Assembly (NCBI RefSeq): GCF_006345805.1
Contig: NC_043019.1
Span: 25,109,360 to 25,173,359 of the forward strand
Direction: 5' to 3'
Length of the DNA: 64,000 bases
Origin: Octopus sinensis
Taxonomy: Eukaryota
Below the pieces are notes generated by a model. The model ran no database searches. It was not told where the DNA came from and saw only the letters and a program-made list of their open reading frames with translations. Both the position numbers and the translations under genes were made by a program. Numbering within the stretch: position 1 is the stretch's first letter; each line of letters starts with the position of its first letter. Below are positions 34,981 to 48,985 of the stretch, piece by piece.

Positions 34981-36471
34981 TATATATACATATATATGTG
35001 ATGGGCTTCTTTCCATTTCTGTCTGCCAAATACACTCACAAGGCTTTGGTCAGCCCAAAGCTATAATAGAAGACACTTGACCAAGGTGCCACACAGTGGG
35101 ACTGAATTCAGAACCATGTGGTTGGGAAGCAAGCTACTTACCACACAGCCACTCGGAGAATGGATAACCGTTACAAGTGAAAGCAATGAGAGATGTTAGT
35201 ATTGTAAGAAAGATATGAAGATCTGAGGCTGTTTCTCCTCAGGGATTATACAGAATGTACACCGGTATGCTGAGCCTTGTGGTTTCTGATTCAGTCCCAC
35301 TGCATAGCACCTTGGTCAAGTTTCTTCTACTGTAAACCTAGGCTGACCAATTTCTTATGAGGGGGATTTGACAGAAACTGAAAGAAGCCCATTGTGTGTG
35401 TGTGCACAAATGCTTACAACCTCCAATGGCATCACTGTTTGTTTCTCAGCTGTAACAGGCAATATTTCTTGTCAACAGTTAATCCACCATCTCTGCTTTT
35501 ATTCCCCTCTAGGAATAAAATTCCCTTGTTAATCAGTGAGGGGTGATGACAAAAGAATCCACAATGTTTTCCAACACTGAAAATCACCATTAAAATGAAC
35601 AGACAAACTATGCCGACAAATTGGCTCTTGTTACATTATTTAGTAAAGAGGAGGCTTGCGAAGACATGTTGGGGCAAGCGAAAGCGAAATCGAATTGAAC
35701 CAGCCAGGATCCCTGGCCTGGTGGTACGTAAAAAGCACTATCCGACTCATGGCCAATGCCAGCGCCGCCTCGACTGGCTTCCGTGCCGGTGGCACATAAA
35801 ATACACCAATCCGACCGTGGCCGTTGCCAGCCTCGCCTGGCACGTAAAAAGCACCCACTACACTCACGGAGTGGTTGGCGTTAGGAAGGGCATCCAGCTG
35901 TAGAAACATTGCCAGATCAGACTGCAGCCTGGTGCAGCCTTCTGGCTTCCCAGATCCCCGGTCGAACCGTCCAACCCATGCTAGCATGGAGAACGGACGT
36001 TAAACGATGATGATGATGATGATGAGGCCCTCTTCTGAGATCAGCTAAAGGCAGCTCTGAAACACACCACAGTTTCCAGCAGCTAAATATTTAAAATGAG
36101 ACTAAAGCTCTGTTCTAGGATGTGGGAATGAAATTCAGCATGCGGACATAGAATGCCTGCAGTGTCCTGGCCAGGGCTTTGTAGTCTCTGTTGCATCTGT
36201 CACGTCTTACAGCCTTTGCAATGTTCATAGAGCATTGAACAGCAGTTGTGATGTCGGCATTTTGACACCTGGCAAGAATCATCATGAAACAGGTAACTCT
36301 TTTCCGATATTCCTGTGACTTCCACTCCTCCATCTCAGCAAACTTTTTCTCTCAACTACAACTTCAATCATTTGCTCTCCAATGCCATTCACTGTTTACC
36401 AATACATCAAACTATTTCTGAAAAAAAGAAAGACAGAAATAGTCAAATTTATCTCGAACACATTCTATCTT

Positions 36472-36848
36472 CTCTCTTTTACTTGTTTCAGTCATTAGAC
36501 TGTGACCATGCTGTAGCACCACCATGAAGAATTTTTAATCAAATGAATCTGCCCCAGTATTCCTTTTTTTTTTCTTTTTAAAGCTTCATACTTATTCTAA
36601 ATGTCTCTTGCTGAACTGCTAAGTTACAGGGACATAAACACACCAACACCAGTTGTGAAGAGGTGATGGAGGACAGACACAATGACACACACACGCATAT
36701 GCACAAAAGGCTTCTTTCAGTTTCTGTCTACCAAATCCACTCACAAGGCTTTGGTCAGCCCAAGGCTATAGTAGAAGACACTTGCCCAAGGTTCCACACA
36801 GTGGGACTGAACCCAGAACCATGTGGTTGGGAAGCAAACTTCACACAT
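36472..36848 (-). mobile_element. Family 2 SINE
   Basis: Same head, core and tail as 33,562-33,930; diverged. Confidence 0.75.
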
Positions 36849-37757
36849 GGGTAAATTATCGCCATTTTATATTTTTAATTTTGTTGACTACACAGTATAC
36901 TAGGGTCAGTTGGGCACCATCTGTGAGAAAACAGCACCATGACGCAATTCACTCAGCTAGAAATTTGGAAGCAATATGCTTGGCATTCGTGCCTGAAGTT
37001 CCAATACAAACAGACGATGAACACACAGAACAACCGTTGGCTTACTGTGTTCGGAAAACAAGTATCAAAAGTGATAAAAAATCAAGCATCCAGTCAACAT
37101 CATGGTGTTTGGAGTGATGGCGACCTTACGTCTCCGTTCATCTTACCACACGGCCTCAGACTCAGCATGGAAGCCTACATCAAGTGCCCGGAGAAGGTAG
37201 TACTGTTCTGTGTCAAGAGGGTAGCTGCTGGAACACCCTATGTCTGGCAACAGGATACTGCACCATGGCACACACACACACAAGAGAATCCCGTCATGGC
37301 TGTCGGACAATTTCGGCGACCATATCACCCCTAACATCTGGCCACCTAACTCCCCGGACTACAACCCTCTTGATTATTATGTGAGGGGCGCAGTTGAGCG
37401 AGAAAGCAACAAAACTCCTTGTAACACCAAAGATGAACTGAAGGCAAGGATTATTATTTCTTTGCTAAACACAGAGGGGACAAACAAGGACAGATATCGA
37501 CCCCAGTGCGTAACTGGTACTTAATTTATCGGCCCCGAAAGGATGAAAGGCAAAGCCGACCTCGGCGGAATTTGAACTCAAGGATTATGGCACCAAGAAG
37601 AGCTGCAGCAGATTCCGAAGTCATCTGAAGGCCGTGGTTGAATGCAATAGCGATTTAATTGAATGAATTTACTCTTTAGTATTTCAAGATATTATGAGAT
37701 GTCAGTGCTATTTTCCCTTTTGCGTAATTTAGATGACACTTTATTCACCGCACCCTG
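36849..37757 (+). mobile_element. Internally deleted DD37D (maT-type) Tc1/mariner element
   Basis: WQQD.AP.H..KRIPSWL..WPPNSPDYNPLDY with 37 residues between D2 and D3 once a (CA)n frameshift is corrected; right end ...CGCACCCTG (rc CAGGGTG). Confidence 0.8.
37455..37579 (-). mobile_element. 5'-truncated family 1 SINE inside the maT transposase
   Basis: Flanked by duplicated CAAGGATTAT (37,445-37,454 and 37,579-37,588). Confidence 0.75.
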
Positions 37758-38157
37758 AATATATGCTTTTTTTAGTTTTCAAGTCTGTCGCATGTAGTTA
37801 TCTCCCCTCGCTGTGTTACTTCCCTTGTATCGAAAATGCTTTCCTTTTTCATTTCCATTCCTCCCGCTGTTAAGCGGCAAAATAAATTATGAATATCACA
37901 GCTTCTCATATTCGTCTTCTACTTTCTAATACACTATTTGAACCATGAGAACCCACATTTAAATAGATCCAGTACAAGACGGATCTCTGTGGAATTTGAA
38001 CTTAGTACTGGGAAGAAAAAAAACGTATTGAGGCTGGAACATTTCTATCAAGAATATATGAAAATACATCTCTGTGTTAACTGAAGGGTCATGAGTTCCC
38101 TCCCAACCTGGGGCCTCTGTGTTTGTGTGTGCGTGTTCGTATGTATGCGTAAATACA

Positions 38158-38191
<34 letters not shown>

Positions 38192-38194
<3 letters not shown>

Positions 38195-38269
38195 TAGTGA
38201 ATTGAAGAAATGGAGTTGAACGAAGATTGAACAGAAATCGTTCAACTCCATTTCTTCAATTCACTAATA
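38192..38269. repeat. Perfect 32-bp inverted repeat with a 14-nt loop
   Basis: TATTAGTGAATTGAAGAAATGGAGTTGAACGA / TCGTTCAACTCCATTTCTTCAATTCACTAATA. Confidence 0.95.
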
Positions 38270-38454
38270 ATATTAAAATTCAATTATCCGCACCAACGCA
38301 CGGTTGCAACACCATATGGTTGTACCTCCAACCGTGCTGTCTTCTGCTGTGATTTTTGCTACCAAGGTATCGGTTAAACTTTTGATTAATCTGCAACAAG
38401 ATTATTCATCTTTCTATTTCACAAAATATATATATATATAATGTGTGTGTGAAA

Positions 38455-38750
38455 GTGCGTGGCTCAGTTGTTAGAGCGTTGAGCTTACAATCATGAGGTA
38501 CTGAGTTTGATTCCTGGGTCGGACTGTGAGTTGTGTTCTTGAGCAAGGTACTTTATTTCATATTGCTGTAGAAATGAATTGCGATATCACTTGTTTCAAG
38601 CTGTATTGGCCTTTGCCTTTCCCTTGGATAACATCAGTGGCATGAAGAGGGGAGGCATGGTATGCATGGGTGACTGCTGGTCTTCTATAAACAATCTTGC
38701 CAAGGTTGTGTCTCAGAAGGTAACTTTCTAGGGGCAATCCCATGGTCATG
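38455..38750 (+). mobile_element. tRNA-derived SINE (family 4)
   Basis: TGGCTCAGTTGTTAGAGC (A box), GAGTTTGATTCC (B box), CTTGAGCAAGGTACTT core-like block, tail CTAGGGGCAATCCCATGGTCAT. Confidence 0.65.
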
Positions 38751-38847
38751 GGAGAGAGACAGACAGACAGATAGATGGATAGATAGCTAGTAAGCTAGCT
38801 AGATAGATAGATAGAAATACATATGTATATAGATATACATATATATA

Positions 38848-41225
38848 TCATCATCATCATCATCGTTTAGCGTCCGTTTTCCATGCTAGCATGGGTTGGA
38901 CGGTTCTACTGGGGTCTGTGAAGCCAGAAGGCTTCATCAGGCCCAGTCAAATCTGGCAGTCAAATCGCGAAACGGAAAGTTCTCTTACATGCCACCGGCA
39001 CTGGTAACACATCTGCAATTTCCATTGATCGATTTCGATTCTGATCCTCACTTGCCTCAACGGGTCTTCACAAGCAGAGTTTCGACATGCCACCGGCACT
39101 GGTAGCATATCCGCAATTTCCATTGATCGATTTCGATTCTGATCCTCACTTGCCTCAACACGTCTTCACAAGTAGAGTTTTGTGTCCCAAGAAGGGAAGG
39201 TATGCATACGTAGGCTGGCTCCATCCCATGTAGAAGGCCACGGGTTATGGACTCACTTGTCCTGCCGGGTCTCTCTCGTGCACAGCACACTTCCAGAGGT
39301 CTCGGTCTCTAGTCATTTCCTCAGTGAGACCTAAAGTTCGAAGGTCGTGCTTCACCACCTCGTCCCAGGTTTTCCTGGGTCTGCCTCTTCCACAGGTTCC
39401 CTCAACCGCTAGGGTGTGGCACTTTTTCACACAACTATCTTCATCCATTCTCGCCACATGACCATACCAGCGCAAACGTCTCTCTTGCACACCACAACTG
39501 ATGCTTCTTAGGTCCAGCTTTTCTCTCAAGGTACTTACACTCTGCCGAGTGTGAGTACCGCATTACACACATCCATCGGAGCATACTGGCTTCATTTCTA
39601 GCGAGCTTACGCATATCCTCAGCAGTCACGGCCCATGTTTCACTGCCATGTAGCATGGCTGTTCATACACACGCATCATACAGTCCTGCCTTTCACTCTG
39701 TGCGAGAGGCCTTTTGTCACCAGCAGAGGTAAGAGCTCTCTGAACTTTGCCCAAGCTATTCTTACTCTAGCAGTTACACTTTCAGCACACCCGCCCCCGC
39801 TGCTGACTTGGTCCCTAGGTAACGGAAACTATCAACTATTTCTAGTTTTCTCTCCCTGGAAAGTGACGGAAGTTGGTCTCAGAGCATTTTCAGTGTTTAT
39901 TGTTCCTGAGCATCTGCCACATACAAAAACCATCTTCCTAGTTAGCCTTCCTTTGACATTGCTGCATCTCTTATGTGTCCATAGCTTACACTTGGTGCAT
40001 CTTATAGAGTCTCTACCTACACCTTTTCTACAGATCGAGCAGGGCCATCTACCTGAAAGTGTTTGTGATTTGTCTACCTTCCTACTGATTACGACTTTGG
40101 TTTTAGCTAGATTGACTCTGAGGCCCTTCGATTCTAATCCTTGTTTCCACACCTGAAACTTCTCCTCCAGTTCTGATAGCGACTCAGCAATTAGAGCAAG
40201 GTCATCAGCATAGAGGAGCTCCCAAGGGCATCCTGTCTTGAATTCCTCCGTTATTGCCTGGAGGACTATGATAAATAGGAGGGGGCTGAGTACTGAGCCT
40301 TGGTGGACTCCTACCTCTACCCGGAATTCTTCACTATACTCATTTCCAACCTTCACCCTACTAGCGGCGTCCCTATACATGGCCCGCACAGCTCTCACTA
40401 ACCATTCATCTATCCTAGTTTCCTCATTGCCCACCAGATAAGGGATCGGGGGACCCTGTCGAAGGCTTTCTCCATGTCAACAAAAGCCAGTACAGGGGCT
40501 TATCTTTGGCTAGGTATTTCTCCTGCAGCTGCCTTACCAGGAATATAGCATCAGTAGTACTTTTCCTGGCACAAACCCAAACTGCATCTCATCTAAACTA
40601 ACTCTCTCTCTAATTAGTTGGGCTATGACCCTCTCCGTAACCTTCATCACCTAGTCCAACAGCTTGATACCTCTGTAGTTATTTGTATCTAGGGCATCAC
40701 CTTTACCTTTGTAGCAGTTGACTATTATACTGCTACACCAGTCATTGGTATGACCCCTTTGTGTATCACCTGATTAACTATACGGGTGACTAGGCTATAG
40801 CCGACACTACCAGACATTTTGAGCATCTCTGCAGTGATTCCTGATGGGCCTGGGGCTTTCCCTGTCTTCATGCTTCTAATTGCCTTAGCTACCACGGAAC
40901 TATCAACTCGGATAGCTGGTCCCTCTGTTGGGTCAACATTCGGCAGATTCTCTTTATCCCATTCATTTTCTTCATTCAGCAACCTTTCATAGTGGCATCT
41001 CCAAACCTCTCTCTTTGCATCCTCATTTAGCGCAAGTGAACCATCTTCCATGCGAACACACTTCTCTCCTACCACATCACGATTCTCTCTCACACACTGT
41101 CTTGCAACACGAAACACCTCCAGTCTTTGGTCCTCACGGCGCAGAACATTGGCAAATTTTTTCTTATCTGCTTCCCCTCTGGCTAAATAAACCTGTCTCC
41201 TAGCTTCTCTTTTGGCAGTCTGACA
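38848..41225 (-). mobile_element. 5'-truncated RTE-type LINE (RT plus PHD-like finger), frameshifted
   Basis: GKAPGPSGI, VHQGSVLSPLLF, LLYADDL, GLRVNLAKTK, FRYLG, MLHGSETW, RRLRWYGHVAR, GRGRPRKTW; 3' UTR ending in (GAT)n; embedded in (TA)n. Confidence 0.92.
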
Positions 41226-41295
41226 ATATATATAAATATATATATATATATAGATATACATATATATATAGATATACATATATATATAGAAATAT

Positions 41296-41584
41296 GTGGA
41301 GGCCAATGGCCCAGTGGTTAGGGCAGTGGACTCGCGGTTTCGATTCCCAGACCGGGCGTTGTGCATGTTTGCGAGCGAAAACACCTTAAAGCACCACGAG
41401 GCTCTGGCAGGGGGTGGTGATCCCTGCTGTACTCTTTCACCACTCTTTCTCTCACTCTTTCTTCTGTTGGCCTGCTCGCTTAGCCAGCAGGGTGGCGTCA
41501 TTCAAAGGCTAAAACAATGCGAACGTATTGTGACAAGCGATGTGTAGCAACATCTGATAGTCTGGTCGGTCATGTGATCATGTG
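41296..41584 (+). mobile_element. tRNA-derived SINE (family 5) with 12-bp TSD
   Basis: TGGCCCAGTGGTTAG A box, GTTTCGATTCCC B box, (CATGTGAT)2 tail; ATATAGAAATAT at 41,284-41,295 and 41,585-41,596. Confidence 0.7.
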
Positions 41585-41612
41585 ATATAGAAATATATAT
41601 ATATAGATATAC

Positions 41613-41645
<33 letters not shown>

Positions 41646-41771
41646 CTGGCAGAAATGCATGTAAGCATTTTATCCAATATGTTCTATGCTTCTACCCAGC
41701 TTGCCATTTTATATTCCTCTCTGAACAACTTTGAAAAAGTCCAAAACAAGAACTTATTTGAACAACATTAA

Positions 41772-42399
41772 CCCATTTGTTACCAATCCACCTGAAACCG
41801 CCTCTGGCTCTGTAGTACAAATGTCTTGTTTTCAAAAGTTTTGAACTAAAATCTTCCACCAAACCTTAGTCACAATTTATGTTCCTAACACTAGCTTAAT
41901 GATACTCTCTCTCTCTCTTTTACTCTTTTACTTGTTTCAGTCATTTGACTGCGGCCATGCTGGAGCACCGCCTTTAGTCGAGCAAATCGACCCAGGACAT
42001 ATTCTTTGTAAGCCCAGTACTTATTCTATCGGTCTCTTTTGCCGAACCGCTAAGTGACGGGGACGTAAACACACCAGCATCGGTTGTCAAGCAATGCTAG
42101 GGGGACAAACACAGACACACAAACACACACATACATATAAATATATATACATATATACGACAGGCTTCTTTCAGTTTCCGTCTACCAAATCCACTCACAA
42201 GGCATTGGTTGGCCCGGGGCTATAGCAGAAGACACTTGCCCAAGATGCCATGCAGTGGGACTGAACCCAGAACCATGTGGTTGGTTAGCAAGCTACTTAC
42301 CACACAGCCACTCCTGTTATTTTACTAAATTCGTTGTTATATTTTAAATGAATTGAAAGAAACACAAAACATTTCAACAGAAATATGGGAACAAAAAGG
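41772..42399 (+). mobile_element. MITE family A interrupted by a full family 2 SINE (41,904-42,315, minus)
   Basis: MITE halves 41,772-41,903 and 42,316-42,399 flank the SINE. Confidence 0.8.
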
Positions 42400-42801
42400 T
42401 TAATGATTTTGTTAGTTTTCCTTCTTCAGAATTGCATGAATTGTAATCTTAATCTCTGTGATAATTCCAAATGAATGTGGATAGAGTTAAGCCTGGTAGA
42501 TCTTCAATGGGATTTTAGTAAATCTCTGAAGCATGGCAACAAACGTAATGATCTTATTTCATGTTAGTTTTTCTTACTTCAACACAAAAGTCATCAAGAT
42601 TATGAGAATGAGGAGTGAACAACTTCACTATTCGACAGCAATATCCCTATCTTATCAACTCTGGACAGATGTGACGAAAATATCTCAAAAGCTGGTACTT
42701 AACCATTTCTGGTGCTTGCTCATGATGCTGCACAGTAGTACAGAACCTGAGATGGCCAAAAAAGCAATCTTCTTCACCATGCAGCCATGACCGCATCAAC
42801 T

Positions 42802-44797
<1,996 letters not shown>

Positions 44798-45364
44798 GTA
44801 ACAAGAGATTGGAAAGAGAGGTGTTTGTTAATGAACTCCACATTTCAGTGGCTAATCCTCTTGGCCATTTGTACCTCATAAGATATTATCCTAATCTGCA
44901 TTAATCAGACATCTCAGCTTATTCCTCATCACCAATCTCAACCAATGAAACGGTGGGGGGGGGGGGCAAGCAGCGGGGGAAGGCTGAATAAAGATTATTA
45001 GCTTATAACTATTTATAGTGTATACCACTTCATACACAACTAAACTGATCCATTGATTCATCTAATTTGCATAACAGTACATGCACTGACAACGCAGTTA
45101 ATTAATTAAGTGGTAATGCACTAATGACTCAGTGTGTTTTTGATGAGGGATGGGGCTAGATTTAACTATGATATGAAACATACTGTGTTTGATAAGCATA
45201 TGATTTTAGACTTACCGTGGAAAGTGAAAACAGTCTTCATTTGAAGTCTTTACCTCTCTGTGGACAGAAAAATGCAGATTTCACTTGACTGGCTTCTAGT
45301 TTGCTTGTAGTGCTAATTAATGAATTAATTACTTCACAATGTTGTTACTGCATGCATTTTAAGC

Positions 45365-45905
45365 ACTTTGAAGAAATTAGACAAGAACAAAAGTGATTGG
45401 GAAACTGATGGTCTGGATCTGAACAAGTGGAGAGGTGTTGTTAGGACTGGTTGCAACGCTAAAGAGGGAAAGGTGATTCAGCTCCCTGAGCTTAAAAGGG
45501 CCTGTCACAAAGGAACAATTGGAACTGAAATCAACAATGAACATTGGATATGTATTATGTATGACTGGGTTCTGTTGTCAAAAGCAGGATATGTTAACCA
45601 TAAGAAGTCACATGAAAAGTGAAATGCCCAGGTAGGTGATGATCTTGGTCACCAACGGCCTCTTATGACTTGTGTCATATGTCACAAAACTTGTAAGACA
45701 ATATCTGGCCTTGAAAGATATATGCTAGGCCACAAAAACATTCCTACAGAATTGGATTACAAAGGGCAAAGATACAGAAGAAACCTGAATTGTGTTTTAA
45801 ACCCTGTTAGCCAATAGCTGATCTTAAAAGTCAGCCGAGGGCTTATCACTGGAGGGATTGTGCAGTTTGATGGGGTGTGGTGTGTGTGCTGATGTGATGG
45901 CTATC
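45365..45905 (+). mobile_element. Degenerate LINE 3' end with C2H2-type fingers (RTE-like)
   Basis: WE..GLD..KWR..VRTG..KRACHK..C..(Y)..LSKAGYVNHKKSH, then C.IC.KTCKTISGLERYMLGH. Confidence 0.6.
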
Positions 45906-45931
45906 ATCTATCATGATGAAGCAATCATTTA

Positions 45932-45970
<39 letters not shown>

Positions 45971-46712
45971 TCGACATCTCAGCTCTTTAGTGTACAATTT
46001 AATAGACAAAGAAGAAAGTAAGAACCAGTCAAGTACCTCTCCCCCTATATTTGGAACATGGACATTAAATGATGATGATGATAAGCATCATGATGATGAT
46101 AAGGATCGTGACGATAATGATATCATTGCTTGAAAGCATTTTTATTGTCATTGTTACTCTTCTTCTTCTTCTTCTTCTTCGTCTTCGTCTTCTTCTTCTT
46201 CTTCTTCTTCTGTCACTACATCATCCTGAGTTCAAATTCCATTGAGCTCAACTTTGCCTTCCATCCTTTTAGGGGCGATAAATTAAGTGCCAGTGAAACA
46301 CTGGGGGTCAATGTAACTGATTAGTCCCCTCCCCTGCAAATTTCAGGCCTTGTACCTTCAGCAGAAAAGATTACTAATGTGAAGCACAAGCAGATCCCTT
46401 AACGCTTTGCAGTATTTCGTTCATCTTTGTGTTCTGAGTTCAAACTCAACCTCGGTTGGGTCTACCCTTTATCCTATTAGGATCAATAAAGTATATAAAT
46501 TATGTACCAGTTGAGTACTGGGGTCAATGTAGCCAACTTGCTCCCTTCCTTCAAAAATTAAGCCCATTGCCTTTGGTAGAAAGAATTATTATTACTATTA
46601 TTATTATTTTTATTATTATTATTATTATATTATTATTATTATTATTATCATCATCATCATCATCATTATTATTATTATCATTATTATCATCATAATCATC
46701 ATCATCATCATC

Positions 46713-47207
46713 ATTGCCTTTGCACAGCTTCTAACACTGGAGATGTACTACGGTGTCAGCTGTTCACTACCAACGAAGTAAGGTAACACACCTTATTTTA
46801 CGAGCACCTTCCGGAGTATCCGAGCGGTTCCAAGCAGTGCTGTTTTCTGCAAGTGCTCCACTCTTATTGCAGCCCCTATTTGTTCCACGTACTTCTCAAG
46901 ATTTTTACTCACTGTTCCCAGGGCTCCGACAATTGTTGGTACTACTACCACCTTTTTCAGCAACCACAACTGCTTAATCTCCCCAGCTAACCTGTCATAT
47001 CTCTCGACGTTTCTTTCTTTGTTAACGCATACCTTCTGGTCAGCTGGGCATGCTACATCTATGATCTAGCATAGTTTGCTTTCTTTCTCAATTAAGACTA
47101 TGTCTGGCTTCCTATTCTCTATCTCATGGTCGCACTGAATCATAAAATCCCACAGGATCTTTGCATTATCATTTTCGATGATGCCTTCGGGTTTATGGTC
47201 GTACCAA
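46713..47207 (-). mobile_element. R4/Dong-clade non-LTR retrotransposon 3' fragment (restriction-like endonuclease)
   Basis: WYDHKPEGIIEND.AKILWDF.IQCDHEIENRKPDIVLI..IIDVACP..VPTIVGALGTV..LQKTALLGTARILRKVL*; flanked by (ATT/ATC)n. Confidence 0.85.
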
Positions 47208-47249
47208 TTTTATTTTTATTATTATTATAATTATTATTATTGGTATTAT

Positions 47250-47388
47250 TGAGTTCAAATTCCACTGAGGTTGACTTTGCCTTTCATCCTTTCAGGGTCG
47301 ATAAACTAAGTACCAGTTATGCACCGGGGTCGATTTAATCAACTACCCGCTCCCCCAAATTTCAGACCTTGTACTTCCAAGAGAAAGG

Positions 47389-47440
<52 letters not shown>

Positions 47441-48031
47441 AGGTAGCAAGCTGGCAGAATCGTTAGCATGCCGGGCGAAATGCTTAGCAGTATTTCAATT
47501 GCCGCTACATTCTGAGTTCAAATTCTGCCAAGGTCAACTTTGCCTCTCATCGTTTCAGGGTCAATAAAATAAGTACCAGTTATGACCAAGGCCGGCTGTG
47601 CCTTTCATCCTTTCGGGGTCGATAGATTAAGTACCAGTGAAACACTGGGGTTGATGTAATCAACTAGTCTCCTGCCACCAAAACGTGAGGAGTTGTGCCT
47701 CCAGTAGAAAGGATTCTTCTTCTTCTTATTATTATTAGAGTGATGTTTACTTTGTTTTTTTGTTGTTGCTGTTTATATTTATTTATTCGAAAGATTCGAA
47801 CAATGGATGCTTTAAAGAAACAGGAAACTGAAGTGGGTGAAAAGAGGAAAGACGGAGATTAAAGTGTAAGTCGGTTGAGCATCTGAAGGAGAAAGAATGG
47901 TGAAGAGGAAATGAAGGAACATTCTCCTGTTTGTGTTTGCATGTGTGGGTGCGTGTGTGTGGGGGGGTGGTGGGGGTGGATGGGGGTGATAGGAAACCTT
48001 ATGTTCACGCACTTAGTCATTGGAAACAACA

Positions 48032-48064
<33 letters not shown>

Positions 48065-48543
48065 TATTATTATTATTATTAAGGCGGAAAGCTGGCAGAA
48101 TCGTTAGCATGCCGGGCGAAATGCTTAGCGGCATTTTGTCTGTCTTCATGTTCTGAGTTCAAATGCCGCCGAGGTTGACTTTGCCTTTTGTCCTTTTGAG
48201 GTCGATGAAAAAAGTACCAGTCAAATACTGGGGTTGATGTGATCGACTTACGCCCTCCCCCAAAACTTCAGGCCTTGTGCCTACAGTAGAAAGGATTATT
48301 AATACTATTATTATTATTATTATTAAAGGTGGCGAGCTGGCAGAAACGTTAGCGCACCGGGCGAAATGCTTAGCAGTATTTCGTCTGGTGTTACGTTCAG
48401 AGTTCAAATTCCGCTGAGGTCGACTTTGCCTTTCATCCTTTCGGGGTCGATAAATAAAGTACCAGTGTCGCACTGAGGTCGATGTAATCGACTTAATCCC
48501 TTGACTGTCCCCTCTATGCTTAGCCCCTTGTGGGCAGTAAAGA

Positions 48544-48582
<39 letters not shown>

Positions 48583-48985
48583 TTTATTAAGGCTGTGAGC
48601 TGGCAGAATCATCATTAACAGACAGGGTAAAATGCCTCGCAGCATTTGATCCTTCCTTATGTTTTGAGTTCAAATTCCACTGAGGTTGATTTGCCTTTCC
48701 TTCTTTCAGGATCAATGAAATAAGAACCAGTTACGCACTGGGGTCAATGTAATCAACTTGTCCCCTCCCCTAAAATTTCAAGCCTTTTGCTTATAGTAGA
48801 AAGGATTATTATTATCATCATCATCATCATCATTGCCGAGGTCAACTTTGTCTTTCATCCTTTCGGGGTCGATTAAATAAGTACCAGTTACGCATTGGAG
48901 TCAATGTAATCGATTTAATCCCTTTGTCTGTCCTTGTTTGTCCCCTCTATGTTTAGCCCCCGTGGGCAATAAAGAAATAAAAATC
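47250..48985 (+). mobile_element. Cluster of same-orientation family 1 SINEs separated by (ATT)n
   Basis: Copies near 47,250, 47,440, 48,080, 48,326, 48,590 and 48,835. Confidence 0.8.

Larger units (their letters stand above)
34283..35153 (-). mobile_element. Family 2 SINE split by a 499-bp insertion
   Basis: SINE 3' half at 34,283-34,481 and 5' half at 34,981-35,153, interrupted at its internal (TA)n. Confidence 0.8.

Noticed and set aside
38455-38525. tRNA gene (also 41,296-41,360 and the family 1/2 heads)
   Set aside because: A/B boxes are present but there is no complete cloverleaf, and each continues into a SINE body and tail.
40725-41501. 258-aa ORF as the LINE's true N-terminus
   Set aside because: Its first ~90 codons read through a SINE and a TA tract. 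LINE homology begins only at ~41,225 and no endonuclease domain is present.
47812-47882. GPI-anchor-like terminal exon (DAQPTYTLISVFPLFTHFSFLFL*)
   Set aside because: Hydrophobicity follows from the pyrimidine-rich composition, and no upstream coding exons were found. It is kept only as part of the tentative minus-strand transcript.
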